A stretch of DNA of 64,000 nucleotides from an uncultured Christensenella sp. (GCA_964426415.1 CAYRQM010000005.1:265-64264); one strand, 5' to 3'. Positions 43,191-52,273 are shown, counted from the stretch's first letter. Program-made: numbers and translations. Notes: generated by a model not told the origin, from the sequence alone.

Positions 43191-43498
43191 AGTAGCGTGA
43201 AGAACTCCCAATATTCCCAATTATCTTGCACACGGGTTCCCCAACCAAAGAGGCAAATTTGCATACCTGCCAAATAGTTTGCATTTGGCGGCTTGCGTCG
43301 ATGCGCCGAATACGGTATAATACGGTCATGGCTAAGAAACAGACAGTAGCGTGAAGAACTCCCAATATTCCCAATTATCTTGCACACGGGTTCCCCAACC
43401 AAAGAGGCAAATTTGCATACCTGCCAAATAGTTTGCATTTGGCGGCTTGCGTCGATGCGCCGAATACGGTATAATACGGTCATGGCTAAGAAACAGAC
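43191..43498 (+). repeat. perfect tandem duplication, 2 x 154 bp
   Basis: 43191-43344 and 43345-43498 are identical base for base on my reading. The unit holds two palindromes, a TTGCGT-17-TATAAT promoter and ATGGCTAAGAAACAGAC. Confidence 0.9.
43447..43475 (+). promoter_or_regulatory. sigma-A promoter of paralogue 3 (an identical copy lies at 43293-43321)
   Basis: TTGCGT, 17-nt spacer, TATAAT. The -10 ends 6 nt before the ATG at 43482, and there is no SD. Confidence 0.55.
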
Positions 43499-45347
43499 GC
43501 GCACCATTCGTCCCAACTTCATCCGTTTTTGCATCTCCATCCTCATCCTCGTCGTGGCGGTGGTGGTGTTGCTTGTGACGCTGACGCTGGACTGCACGTC
43601 CTCCGTCGCGCCCAAAAGCTGCGGCGCCAACGATTATGTTTCCATCCAAACCGATCCCGTTGTGGACGTTTCCGCCACCAACGATGCTTCCGGCATGACC
43701 ACCATGCAAAACGGCGCCGCCACCCTCATTACGGGTGCGATTCCGCTGCCCGACGGCGTTTCCTATACGGTCACGGCAGCCGAGTCCGCCAAGCCCGCGC
43801 TGTTGGGCTTCACCTACGAAATCCGCCGCAACAACATGGTCGAAACCTACACCTCCAATCCCGACGCCAACACGTTTACCTTTGGCAGCGACGCCTCCTA
43901 TTCCACCGTGGCGGGCGTCACCACCTTTGCGGGCAATCACTACCGCAACGGCTTCGCCTACGGCACGTCGACGGTCACCTTGGAGCGCCTTTCCACGCAA
44001 TGGTCGAGCAGCATTTCGGCGCGCAACGGCTTTGCGGGCGTTTGCTGGACGGGGCAGCCCCTTGTGGTCACTTGGACGGGCGACACGCTGAAAACCTTGG
44101 GCGTGCGCGACGAATTCAAGCTCAAAGATTCCCTCAACGAGGTCATCCAATGCGCGGCGGACGGCAACATCTACTTTTACGAGCTGGAAACCGGCTCCAT
44201 GACCCGCGCCAAAATCTCCGTCAACGTGAACATGTTCGGCACGCCCACGCTGGATCCGCGCGGCTATCCCATGCTGTATGTCGGACAGGGGCTCAACGAG
44301 CCCGGCACAGACGCCAACCGTTCCGCCATCTATCCTGTCAACCTCATCACCAATCAGGTGCTGTCGCCCATCGTCAGCGGAAAGGACTACACGGGCAACC
44401 GCAGCGATTGGTCGGCGTTCGATTCCAGCCCGCTCATCATCGAGGACACCCTCATTTGGCCGTCGGAAAACGGCGTGCTCTACCTCATTCCGCTGAACAC
44501 CGCCTACGACGCGGCGGCGGGCACCATCACCATCGCGCCGAAGGATCGCCTCAAATACCGCTACACGGGCACGGGCTACGTCAGCACCTCCACGGCGGGC
44601 AAGCGTTGGTACGGCTATGAATCCAGCGTGGCGGCGTTCCGTCACTACCTCTACCTGACGGACAACGGCGGCAGGCTGCAGTGCGTCGATCTCAACACGC
44701 TCAAGCTCCTGTTCGTCACCGACGTCGGCTACGACACCGACGCGACGCCCGTCATCGAAGAAAACGGCAACGACGGCACGATCTATGTCTACACAGTCAG
44801 TCAGGTCGACCCGACGGCGGCAAACGCCGTTTCGGTGGTGACCAAGGTCAACGGGCTGACGGGCGCCATCGTCTGGTCGAAGGAAATCCTTGGCAAGACG
44901 GGCGAAAAGGGCGGCGGCAAGGCGACGCCGCACATCGGCAAAAGCGGCACGACCATCGGCAACCTGCTCATTTGTGCGTTCTACAACGTGGCAATCGATG
45001 CGACGGACGCCGACGGCAACGTCACCACCGCTTACGGCGGCAAGGTCGTCGCGTACGACCGCACAAGCGGCGCCGAGCAATGGACGATCACGCTGCCAAG
45101 CGGCGCAGGCTTTACGTCGTCGCCGCTGGTCACCTACGATTCCCGCGGCAATGCGTATCTCGTCCTTTGCACAAGCACGGGCGACGTGCTGCTCTACAAC
45201 GCCGCATCCCCCGGCAACAACGCCCTGTCCACGCTGCATTTGGGCGAGCGCATCGACGCGACGCCCGTATCGTTCGGAAATTACATCGTCGTCGCCACCA
45301 CCGGCACCGCCGAGCAGCCCAAGGTGCATTGTCTGCTGCTTCAGTAA
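43482..45347 (+). CDS. membrane-anchored PQQ-like beta-propeller repeat protein, paralogue 3
   Basis: MAKKQTRTIRPNFIRFCISILILVVAVVVLLVTLTL is a basic N-terminus plus TM helix. It is the most divergent copy but keeps CWTGQPLVVTW, DGNIYFYELETG, LDPRGYPMLYVGQG and DNGGRLQCVDLNTLKLLFVTD. Confidence 0.8.
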   Translation: MAKKQTRTIRPNFIRFCISILILVVAVVVLLVTLTLDCTSSVAPKSCGANDYVSIQTDPVVDVSATNDASGMTTMQNGAATLITGAIPLPDGVSYTVTAAESAKPALLGFTYEIRRNNMVETYTSNPDANTFTFGSDASYSTVAGVTTFAGNHYRNGFAYGTSTVTLERLSTQWSSSISARNGFAGVCWTGQPLVVTWTGDTLKTLGVRDEFKLKDSLNEVIQCAADGNIYFYELETGSMTRAKISVNVNMFGTPTLDPRGYPMLYVGQGLNEPGTDANRSAIYPVNLITNQVLSPIVSGKDYTGNRSDWSAFDSSPLIIEDTLIWPSENGVLYLIPLNTAYDAAAGTITIAPKDRLKYRYTGTGYVSTSTAGKRWYGYESSVAAFRHYLYLTDNGGRLQCVDLNTLKLLFVTDVGYDTDATPVIEENGNDGTIYVYTVSQVDPTAANAVSVVTKVNGLTGAIVWSKEILGKTGEKGGGKATPHIGKSGTTIGNLLICAFYNVAIDATDADGNVTTAYGGKVVAYDRTSGAEQWTITLPSGAGFTSSPLVTYDSRGNAYLVLCTSTGDVLLYNAASPGNNALSTLHLGERIDATPVSFGNYIVVATTGTAEQPKVHCLLLQ

Positions 45348-45359
45348 TTCATTTGCTTC

Positions 45360-45386
45360 GCCGCTCGGCTTCGGGCGGCTTTTTTG
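45360..45386 (+). terminator. rho-independent terminator after paralogue 3
   Basis: GCCGCTCG-gctt-CGGGCGGC (one G-U pair) followed by TTTTTTG. Confidence 0.8.
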
Positions 45387-45470
45387 TGTCCTCATTTTGC
45401 AGGACGGCTTGCAGCCGCAACGGTTTTTTGCGGCAGGAAACAGAAAAAATGCAATTGTTTTCAGAATTGC

Positions 45471-45499
45471 TTGCAAAAATCGCGCGAATTTGGTATGGT
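45471..45499 (+). promoter_or_regulatory. sigma-A promoter upstream of surE
   Basis: TTGCAA 45471-45476, 17-nt spacer, TGgTATGGT with the -10 at 45494-45499. Confidence 0.5.
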
Positions 45500-45548
45500 A
45501 GTACAAATAGGTCGTGGGCGGATTTGCCCACGCGGCAAAGGAACGAGT

Positions 45549-46310
45549 ATGCGAATTTTACTGTGTAACGACGACGGCATCGATGCGGCGGGCATCCGTG
45601 CGCTGCTTGCCGCCTTGGCGCCCCACCACACGGTCGCCGTCTGCGCGCCCGAACGGCAGCAGAGTGCGGTCAGCAAGGCGCTTACCCTCTATACGCCGCT
45701 GCGCGCCGAACGGCGCGTGCTTTCGGGCTATCCCGACGTGCCCGCGTACGCCATCAGCGGAACGCCCGTGGACTGCGTGCGGCTGGGGCTTGGCAATTTC
45801 TTGGATGCGCGCCCCGATCTGTGCATTTCGGGCATCAATTTGGGGCCGAATCTTGGCACCGACACGCTGTATTCCGGCACCTGCGCGGCGGCGGGCGAAG
45901 CGGCGGTGCGGGGCATTCCCGCCATTGCAGTCTCCTCGATCAGCTTTGCGCCCAAGCATTTGGACGCGGCGGCGCAGGTTGCGCTGCAGATGGTCGATTT
46001 TGTGTCGCGGCATCCGCTGCCCATGGGCGTCTACTACAACGTCAACGTCCCCGACGCACCCTTTGCCGCCCTGCGCGGGCTGCGCAAGACGGGTTTGGGC
46101 GTCATTGCATATCGGGAGCGCTACGAGGAGCGGATTGACACCATCGCGCATCCCTACTTTTGGGCGCCGCGGGAAAAGCTGCTGCCCACCACGGAACGGG
46201 ACACCGACGAGCGCTGGACGGCGGAGGGCTGGGTCACCGTGACGCCGCTGACCTACGACAACGCCTGCATGGACGTATTGTGCAATATGACCGAAACGGA
46301 GCAGCTTTGA
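45549..46310 (+). CDS. surE: 5'/3'-nucleotidase SurE
   Basis: MRILLCNDDGIDAAGIRAL... (NDDG motif) and SGINLGPNLGTDTLYSGT. The ATG at 45549 follows AAAGGAACGAG. Confidence 0.92.
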   Translation: MRILLCNDDGIDAAGIRALLAALAPHHTVAVCAPERQQSAVSKALTLYTPLRAERRVLSGYPDVPAYAISGTPVDCVRLGLGNFLDARPDLCISGINLGPNLGTDTLYSGTCAAAGEAAVRGIPAIAVSSISFAPKHLDAAAQVALQMVDFVSRHPLPMGVYYNVNVPDAPFAALRGLRKTGLGVIAYRERYEERIDTIAHPYFWAPREKLLPTTERDTDERWTAEGWVTVTPLTYDNACMDVLCNMTETEQL

Positions 46311-46312
46311 GC

Positions 46313-47161
46313 ATGGAACAGCTATTGGATGAAATTGCAGAACGGCGCGACCATCTCTCTAAGGGACAAAAGCGCATTGCCGACTATATCCTGAACGCCT
46401 ATGAGCAGGCGGCGTTTATGACGGCGTCCAAGCTGGGCGATACGGTGGGCGTCTCCGAATCCACGGTGGTGCGGTTTGCCACGGTGTTGGGACGGGACGG
46501 CTATCCCGCCCTGCAGAGCGAGCTGCAAGAGCTGATTCGCAATAAGCTCACCACGGTACAGCGGGTGCAGATGGCGGCAAGCATGCAGCGGGAGGACGTC
46601 ATCCGCACCGTCATGCAAAAGGACATGGGCGACATTCGCAACACGTTGGACACGGTGGATTACGAGCAGTTTTCCGCCGCCATCGACGCACTTTTGGGGG
46701 CAAGGCGCATCTATGTGCTGGGGCTGCGCTCCGCGATGCCCATGGCGCAATTTCTTTCCTATTATCTCGACTACATCTGCGACGGCGTCATGTTCATCAA
46801 CGGCGCCGTGCAGGATTTGCGGGAACGCATGGTGCGGCTGAACGAAGCCGACGTGCTGATTGGCATTTCCTTCCCGCGATACAGCGCCCGCACCGTGGAC
46901 GCCATGCGCTATGCCAAATCGCGCGGCGCGAAGGTCGTCGCGCTGACGGATCGGTGCGATTCGCCCGCCGGAAAAGAGGCGGACATCTGTCTTTGCGCCA
47001 AGAGCGATATGGCATCGTTTGCCGATTCGTTCGTGGCGCCGCTTTCGCTGATGAACGCCATCATCGTGGCGTTGGGGCTTTCCCGCAAGGACGAAGCCGA
47101 AAAGCACTTGCAGCAGCTCGAAGACGTTTGGGGCTTCGAGGGCGTCTATTTGGAACGATAG
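46313..47161 (+). CDS. MurR/RpiR-family transcriptional regulator
   Basis: An N-terminal HTH_6 (LSKGQKRIADYILNAYEQAAFMTASKLGDTVGVSESTVVRFA) plus a SIS domain. The ATG is 2 nt after the surE stop. Confidence 0.85.
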   Translation: MEQLLDEIAERRDHLSKGQKRIADYILNAYEQAAFMTASKLGDTVGVSESTVVRFATVLGRDGYPALQSELQELIRNKLTTVQRVQMAASMQREDVIRTVMQKDMGDIRNTLDTVDYEQFSAAIDALLGARRIYVLGLRSAMPMAQFLSYYLDYICDGVMFINGAVQDLRERMVRLNEADVLIGISFPRYSARTVDAMRYAKSRGAKVVALTDRCDSPAGKEADICLCAKSDMASFADSFVAPLSLMNAIIVALGLSRKDEAEKHLQQLEDVWGFEGVYLER

Positions 47162-47170
47162 GGGGGCAAC

Positions 47171-48394
47171 ATGAAGGTAGCGATTATCGGCGGCGGCGCC
47201 GCAGGTCAGCTTGCCGCGATCAAAGCGGCAGAAAACGGACACGCGGTACACCTGTTCGAACAAAACGACAAGCTGGGCAAAAAGCTTTTCATCACGGGCA
47301 AGGGGCGGTGCAACGTCACCAACGCCGCCGACCGTGACGGGTTCTTTCGCCATGTGGCGCGCAATCCCCGCTTCCTGTACAGCGCCTACGCAGGCTTTTC
47401 CGCCGACGACATGATCGCCCTCATCGAAGCGGCGGGCGTGCCCACCAAGGTGGAACGGGGGCTGAGGGTGTTTCCCGCGTCCGACAAATCCAGCGATATT
47501 CTCAAAGCCTTGGAAAAAACGCTGCGTGCGCGCGGCGTGCAGATTCACCTCAACACGCAGGTTTCCGAAATTCTCACCGTGGGCGGCGCCGTGGCAGGCG
47601 TGCGCATTGGGCAAACGAAGGAGCCGTTCGACGCGGTCATTTTGGCGACGGGCGGGCTCAGCTATCCCTCCACGGGCAGCACGGGAGACGGGCTGCTGTT
47701 CGCCGAAAAGCTGGGACACGCCATCCAACCGCCCACCGCCTCCCTCGTCCCCTTGGAAACGGCGGAAGCGTGGTGCGGTGAGCTTTCGGGCGTCACCCTC
47801 AAAAATGTCGTGCTGACCGCCTTCCAAGGCGGCAAAGAGGTGTACTCCGAGCTGGGCGAGATGCTCTTTACCCATTTCGGCGTCAGCGGGCCGCTGGTGC
47901 TGTCCTGCTCGGCGCGCATCGCCGAAGCGCCCAAGGGCGTGGTACTGTCCATCGACCTGAAGCCGGGGCTGTCCGCCGAACAATTAGAAGCGCGGTTGAT
48001 CCGCGACCTGTCCGCCAATCCCAAAAAGACCGTGGGCGGCGCGTTCTATGGGCTTTTGCCCCAGCGGCTGCTTGGCGTGGTGCTCAAAGAGGCGGGCGTT
48101 GACGCAGCGGCGCCGGCGGCGAATTTTTCTAAGGCACAGCGCAATGCGCTTTGCGAAACGCTGAAGGGGCTCAAGCTGCGTGTGACGGGCGCACGTCCCA
48201 TCGCGGAGGCGATCATCACCCGCGGCGGCGTGTGCGTGGGCGAGGTCAACCCGTCCACCATGGAATCCAAGCGCATCAAGGGGCTGTACTTCGCGGGCGA
48301 GCTGCTGGACGTGGACGCATTTACGGGCGGATTCAATCTGCAAATCGCATGGTCTACGGGCGCGCTGGCGGGCAACAGCGTCGGAAAGGCTTAA
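47171..48394 (+). CDS. HI0933/BaiN-like NAD(P)/FAD-dependent oxidoreductase
   Basis: MKVAIIGGGAAGQLAAIKAAENGH (GxGxxG), ...KLFITGKGRCNVTN..., 407 aa. Confidence 0.85.
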   Translation: MKVAIIGGGAAGQLAAIKAAENGHAVHLFEQNDKLGKKLFITGKGRCNVTNAADRDGFFRHVARNPRFLYSAYAGFSADDMIALIEAAGVPTKVERGLRVFPASDKSSDILKALEKTLRARGVQIHLNTQVSEILTVGGAVAGVRIGQTKEPFDAVILATGGLSYPSTGSTGDGLLFAEKLGHAIQPPTASLVPLETAEAWCGELSGVTLKNVVLTAFQGGKEVYSELGEMLFTHFGVSGPLVLSCSARIAEAPKGVVLSIDLKPGLSAEQLEARLIRDLSANPKKTVGGAFYGLLPQRLLGVVLKEAGVDAAAPAANFSKAQRNALCETLKGLKLRVTGARPIAEAIITRGGVCVGEVNPSTMESKRIKGLYFAGELLDVDAFTGGFNLQIAWSTGALAGNSVGKA

Positions 48395-48395
48395 T

Positions 48396-49082
48396 ATGCA
48401 ATACAGCATCGGCATCGACGGCCCCGCAGGCGCGGGCAAAAGCACCGTCGCCAAGACGGTGGCAAAGCGGTTGGGCATCCCCTATCTGGACACGGGGGCG
48501 ATGTATCGCGCCATCGCGGTCTACTTTCAACAGCACGGCGTCGCGTTTACCGATACGGCGCGCATCACGGCGCTGACGGGCGACGCCGACATCTCCGTCC
48601 ACTATGAAAACGGCGAACAGCGGCTCTTTGCCGACGGCGTCGACGTGACGGCGCTTTTGCGCACCGAAGAAATCGGACGAGGCGCGTCGCTGGTGAGCGC
48701 CGTTCCCGCCGTGCGCGACAAATTGGCATCCATGCAGCGCGCCGTGGCAATGGAACGCCCCGTGGTCATGGACGGCAGGGACATCTGCACCAACGTGCTG
48801 CCCGACACGCCATACAAGTTTTTCGTCACCGCGTCGGCACAGGAACGCGCAAAGCGGCGCTGCCGCCAGCTGGAACAAAACGGCGAAGCGGCGGATTACG
48901 ACAAGATTTTGGCGGACATCGTCGCACGCGACAAGCAGGACAGCGAACGCGCCTATAAGCCCCTGTACTGCGGCGCCGATACGACCCGCATCGACACGAC
49001 CGCGCTCACCATCGAGCAGGCGGTGGACACCATTCTTGCGGAGGTAGCAACATGCTCTACGTGTTCGGACGCATCTTTATAA
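48396..49082 (+). CDS. cmk: cytidylate kinase
   Basis: IGIDGPAGAGKSTVAKTVAKRLGIPYLDTGAMYRA. Confidence 0.93.
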   Translation: MQYSIGIDGPAGAGKSTVAKTVAKRLGIPYLDTGAMYRAIAVYFQQHGVAFTDTARITALTGDADISVHYENGEQRLFADGVDVTALLRTEEIGRGASLVSAVPAVRDKLASMQRAVAMERPVVMDGRDICTNVLPDTPYKFFVTASAQERAKRRCRQLEQNGEAADYDKILADIVARDKQDSERAYKPLYCGADTTRIDTTALTIEQAVDTILAEVATCSTCSDASL

Positions 49083-49651
49083 AGCCGTTCATCCTGCTGT
49101 TTTTGCGTCCCAAGGTGCTAAACCGCGGCGCGCTGCAGCGCAAGGGAAAGGTCATCTACGTCTCCAATCACGACAAGATGAGCGACCCCATCTGGGTCGG
49201 CTGCCTCGTGCCGCGCAACATCCATTTCATGGCAAAGTCCACCCTCTTTCACTCCAAGCTGATGCGCTTTTTCTTTCGCATCCTGCTGTGCTTCCCCGTC
49301 TCCCAGCGCACGGCGGACACGTCCTCCATCAAGCACGCCGTCAAGCTGCTCAACAAGGGCAAAGCGTTCGGCGTCTTTCCGGAGGGACACCGTTCCGCCA
49401 CCGGAACGGAGATGGACGCCTTCGACAAGGGCTGCGCGTTCATTGCGCTGCGCGCCGACGCGCCCATCGTGCCGCTGTATGTGGATCACCGTCCCCGCAA
49501 GGCGGGACAGCGGATGCGCGTCGCGGTGGGGAATCCCATCTATCCCGCCGAGATCAAGGCGCGCTGCAAAGCCAAGAAAGCGGTCGACGCCGTGAACTGC
49601 GCACTGATGGACGCCATGATGGGGCTGAAGGAAGCGGCGGAAAGCCTATAA
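49052..49651 (+). CDS. plsC: 1-acyl-sn-glycerol-3-phosphate acyltransferase
   Basis: HX4D motif (NHDKMSD) and the FPEGHRS motif. The ATG is 7 nt after GGAGGT and overlaps the cmk tail. Confidence 0.85.
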   Translation: MLYVFGRIFIKPFILLFLRPKVLNRGALQRKGKVIYVSNHDKMSDPIWVGCLVPRNIHFMAKSTLFHSKLMRFFFRILLCFPVSQRTADTSSIKHAVKLLNKGKAFGVFPEGHRSATGTEMDAFDKGCAFIALRADAPIVPLYVDHRPRKAGQRMRVAVGNPIYPAEIKARCKAKKAVDAVNCALMDAMMGLKEAAESL

Positions 49652-49670
49652 GAAAGGAACCATACGTCCT

Positions 49671-52121
49671 TTGAAGATTTTGACAGCGAAAAACAGCGGA
49701 TTCTGCTTCGGCGTACAGCGCGCCGTGCGGCTTGCCGAAGAAGCGGCGGCGCAGGGCGCCGTGTTTTCCTACGGGAACATCATCCACAACGAGCGCGTCG
49801 TCGCGGATTTACAGGCACGCGGCGTCACGCCGATCACGACCCTTGACGGGCTGCAGGCGGGCGATACGCTGCTCATTCGCGCCCATGGCGCGCCGCCCGC
49901 GGTCTATGCGGAATGTGCCGCACGCGGCGTCCGCGTGATCGACGCCACCTGCCCCTACGTCAAGCGCATCCATCGCATTGCAGAAGAAGCGCACGCCGCG
50001 GGACGGCAGCTTTGCATTGCGGGCATGATGAGCCATCCGGAGGTCGTGGGCATCTGCGGCTGGGCGGGCGGTGCGGCGACGGTACTTTCCGATGTTGCCG
50101 ATGCGGAAGCCATGCCGTTTGTGCCGTCGGTGACGCTGGTGGCGCAAACCACCCAAAAGCACGCCCTGTTCGACGCCATTTTGCAGGCGCTTTGCGACCG
50201 CGGCATCGCAGTGGACGCCCATTGCACCATTTGCGACACAACACGTTTGCGGCAGGATGAAGCCGAAGTGCTGGCAAAGGCATGCACGCGGGTTTTTGTG
50301 CTGGGTTCCCAAAGCAGCGCCAATACGCGCGCACTGGCAGAATTGTGTAAAAAACATTGCATACAAACGGAAATCATCGACGATATCGGCAAAATTCCTC
50401 TTGCAAAATTGAAAGTCAATGATATAATAGGTGTTATCGCAGGTGCATCGACGCCCAATGCGATCATTAGGGAGGTTATACTAGTAATGAGCGAACTCGA
50501 AAAGACGACTGTAGAAACCATCGAAGCGGAAGCTCCCGCTGAGGTTGTCGCCGATCCCATTGCTGCGGAAGAACCCGCAGCCGAATCCGTAGCTGTCGCA
50601 GCCGAAGAACCCACCGCAGTCGAAGAGCCTGCAGCCGAACCCGAAGCGGTCGAAGCACCCGCAGCCGAACCCGAAGCAGACGCAGCGCCTGCCGTCGAGC
50701 CGGAAGCCGTGGAAGCACCCGCCGAAGCAAAAGCCGAAGCATCCGAAACCACCGAAGCGGAAGAGGAATTCGAGCCTGACAATTTTGAGCAAGCCTTTGA
50801 AAAGACCGTGAAGCGGATCCGCCCCGGCCAAGTCATCACGGGTACCGTGCTGCAGGTCGTTGACGGTGAAGTGTTCGTCAACATCGGTTACAAGTCCGAT
50901 GGCGTGATTCCCAAGGCTGAATTTGCAACCGATACGGAAATCCGTCCTGAGGATGTTGTCAAAGAAGGCGACAGCATCGAAGTCGAAGTACTCATGGTCA
51001 ATGACGGCGAAGGCAATGTCCGCCTTTCCCGCAAGAACGTCGAAGGCAAAAAGCTGTGGGACGAAATGCTCGCAGACGAAGTCGAAGGCGCGACCTTTGA
51101 GGCAGTGGGCAAGGAAGTCGTTAAGGGCGGTTTGATCGCCGAAATCAGCGGCGGCATCCGTGCATTCATTCCCGCTTCGCACATTTCCACCAAATATGTC
51201 GAGAACCTGACCGACTACGTCGGCAAAGACTTCAAAGTCAAGGTTCTGGAAGTGGACAAGCAGAGAAAGCGCATCGTGGCTTCCATCAAGCAAGTCCTCA
51301 TCGACGAAGCCAAGGCAGCCAAGGCAGCCAAGTGGGACACCCTCGTCGTTGGCGAGAAGGTCAAGGGCGTTGTCCGCCGCATCACCGATTTCGGCGCGTT
51401 TGTGGACATCGGCGGCTTGGATGGTCTCGTTCATGTGACCGACTGCGCATGGGGCCGCGTAAAGCATCCCTCCGACGCGCTGTCCATCGGTCAAGAAATC
51501 GAAGTGCTGATCCTCAACGTCGACAAAGAAAAAGAGCGCATCTCCTTGGGTTACAAGCAGCTTCAGCCGAAGCCTTGGACCAAGGCGGCAGAGAAATACC
51601 CCATCGGCACCATCGTCGAGGGCAAGGTCGTCCGCATCGTTCCGTTTGGCGCGTTCGTCGCGCTGGAGCCCACCATCGACGGCTTGATCCACATTTCTCA
51701 AGTGGCGACGCGCCGCATCGAGAAGGTCGAAGACGAGCTGAAGGTCGGCGATACCGTCCGCTGCAAGGTGCTGGAAGTCAACGTCGAAGCCAAGCGCATC
51801 AGCCTGTCCCGCAAGGAAGCCCTCATCGAGGAAGATCCTGAAATCGCGGCGCAGGTCGCAGCCGAAAAGGCAGAGCGCGAACGCATCAACGCCGAGCGCA
51901 AGGCTGCCCGCGACGCACAGCGTGACCAGCAGACCAAGGAGCGCACCGAGCGCACCGATCGTCCCGAGCGTCGTCCGCAGGAAAACAGCGAACGCCGTGA
52001 CGCACGTCCGGATCGTCGCCGCCGCAACAGCGAAGACGGTGATTTCGAGCTCCCGCCCGTGCAGCAAACCACCACGTCTTTGGCAGGGTTGTTTGCAAAC
52101 TTCAAGGCAGACGACGAGTAA
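49671..52121 (+). CDS. ispH: bifunctional 4-hydroxy-3-methylbut-2-enyl diphosphate reductase (IspH) / ribosomal protein S1 fusion
   Basis: TTG start. The IspH N-half is MKILTAKNSGFCFGVQRAV...ATCPYV...STPN. It is followed by a roughly 95-aa Glu/Ala/Pro linker, four S1 domains and a charged tail. Confidence 0.9.
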   Translation: MKILTAKNSGFCFGVQRAVRLAEEAAAQGAVFSYGNIIHNERVVADLQARGVTPITTLDGLQAGDTLLIRAHGAPPAVYAECAARGVRVIDATCPYVKRIHRIAEEAHAAGRQLCIAGMMSHPEVVGICGWAGGAATVLSDVADAEAMPFVPSVTLVAQTTQKHALFDAILQALCDRGIAVDAHCTICDTTRLRQDEAEVLAKACTRVFVLGSQSSANTRALAELCKKHCIQTEIIDDIGKIPLAKLKVNDIIGVIAGASTPNAIIREVILVMSELEKTTVETIEAEAPAEVVADPIAAEEPAAESVAVAAEEPTAVEEPAAEPEAVEAPAAEPEADAAPAVEPEAVEAPAEAKAEASETTEAEEEFEPDNFEQAFEKTVKRIRPGQVITGTVLQVVDGEVFVNIGYKSDGVIPKAEFATDTEIRPEDVVKEGDSIEVEVLMVNDGEGNVRLSRKNVEGKKLWDEMLADEVEGATFEAVGKEVVKGGLIAEISGGIRAFIPASHISTKYVENLTDYVGKDFKVKVLEVDKQRKRIVASIKQVLIDEAKAAKAAKWDTLVVGEKVKGVVRRITDFGAFVDIGGLDGLVHVTDCAWGRVKHPSDALSIGQEIEVLILNVDKEKERISLGYKQLQPKPWTKAAEKYPIGTIVEGKVVRIVPFGAFVALEPTIDGLIHISQVATRRIEKVEDELKVGDTVRCKVLEVNVEAKRISLSRKEALIEEDPEIAAQVAAEKAERERINAERKAARDAQRDQQTKERTERTDRPERRPQENSERRDARPDRRRRNSEDGDFELPPVQQTTTSLAGLFANFKADDE

Positions 52122-52133
52122 TCATGCAACCAC

Positions 52134-52160
52134 AAAACCACCCCGCGGGGTGGTTTTTTG
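52134..52160 (+). terminator. rho-independent terminator
   Basis: AAAACCACCCCGCGGGGTGGTTTTTTG. Confidence 0.85.
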
Positions 52161-52273
52161 TTGCGTGAAATAAATCCCTTGCGGGATTTGTGAGATTTGC
52201 TCGCTAGTGAAATATGGCTTCGCCATGTGAAATGCCTGTCGGCATAGGGAACACTGATCTTTCACCCCCCGTT

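Noticed and set aside
42703-43481. Insertion sequence or MITE with coding capacity between paralogues 2 and 3
   Set aside because: There is no transposase- or integrase-like ORF and no terminal inverted repeats bracketing the whole region. Only the hairpin repeat and the tandem duplication are present.
43332-45506. 724-aa ORF on the minus strand
   Set aside because: It is antisense to beta-propeller paralogue 3 and runs through that gene's terminator. It is a shadow ORF.
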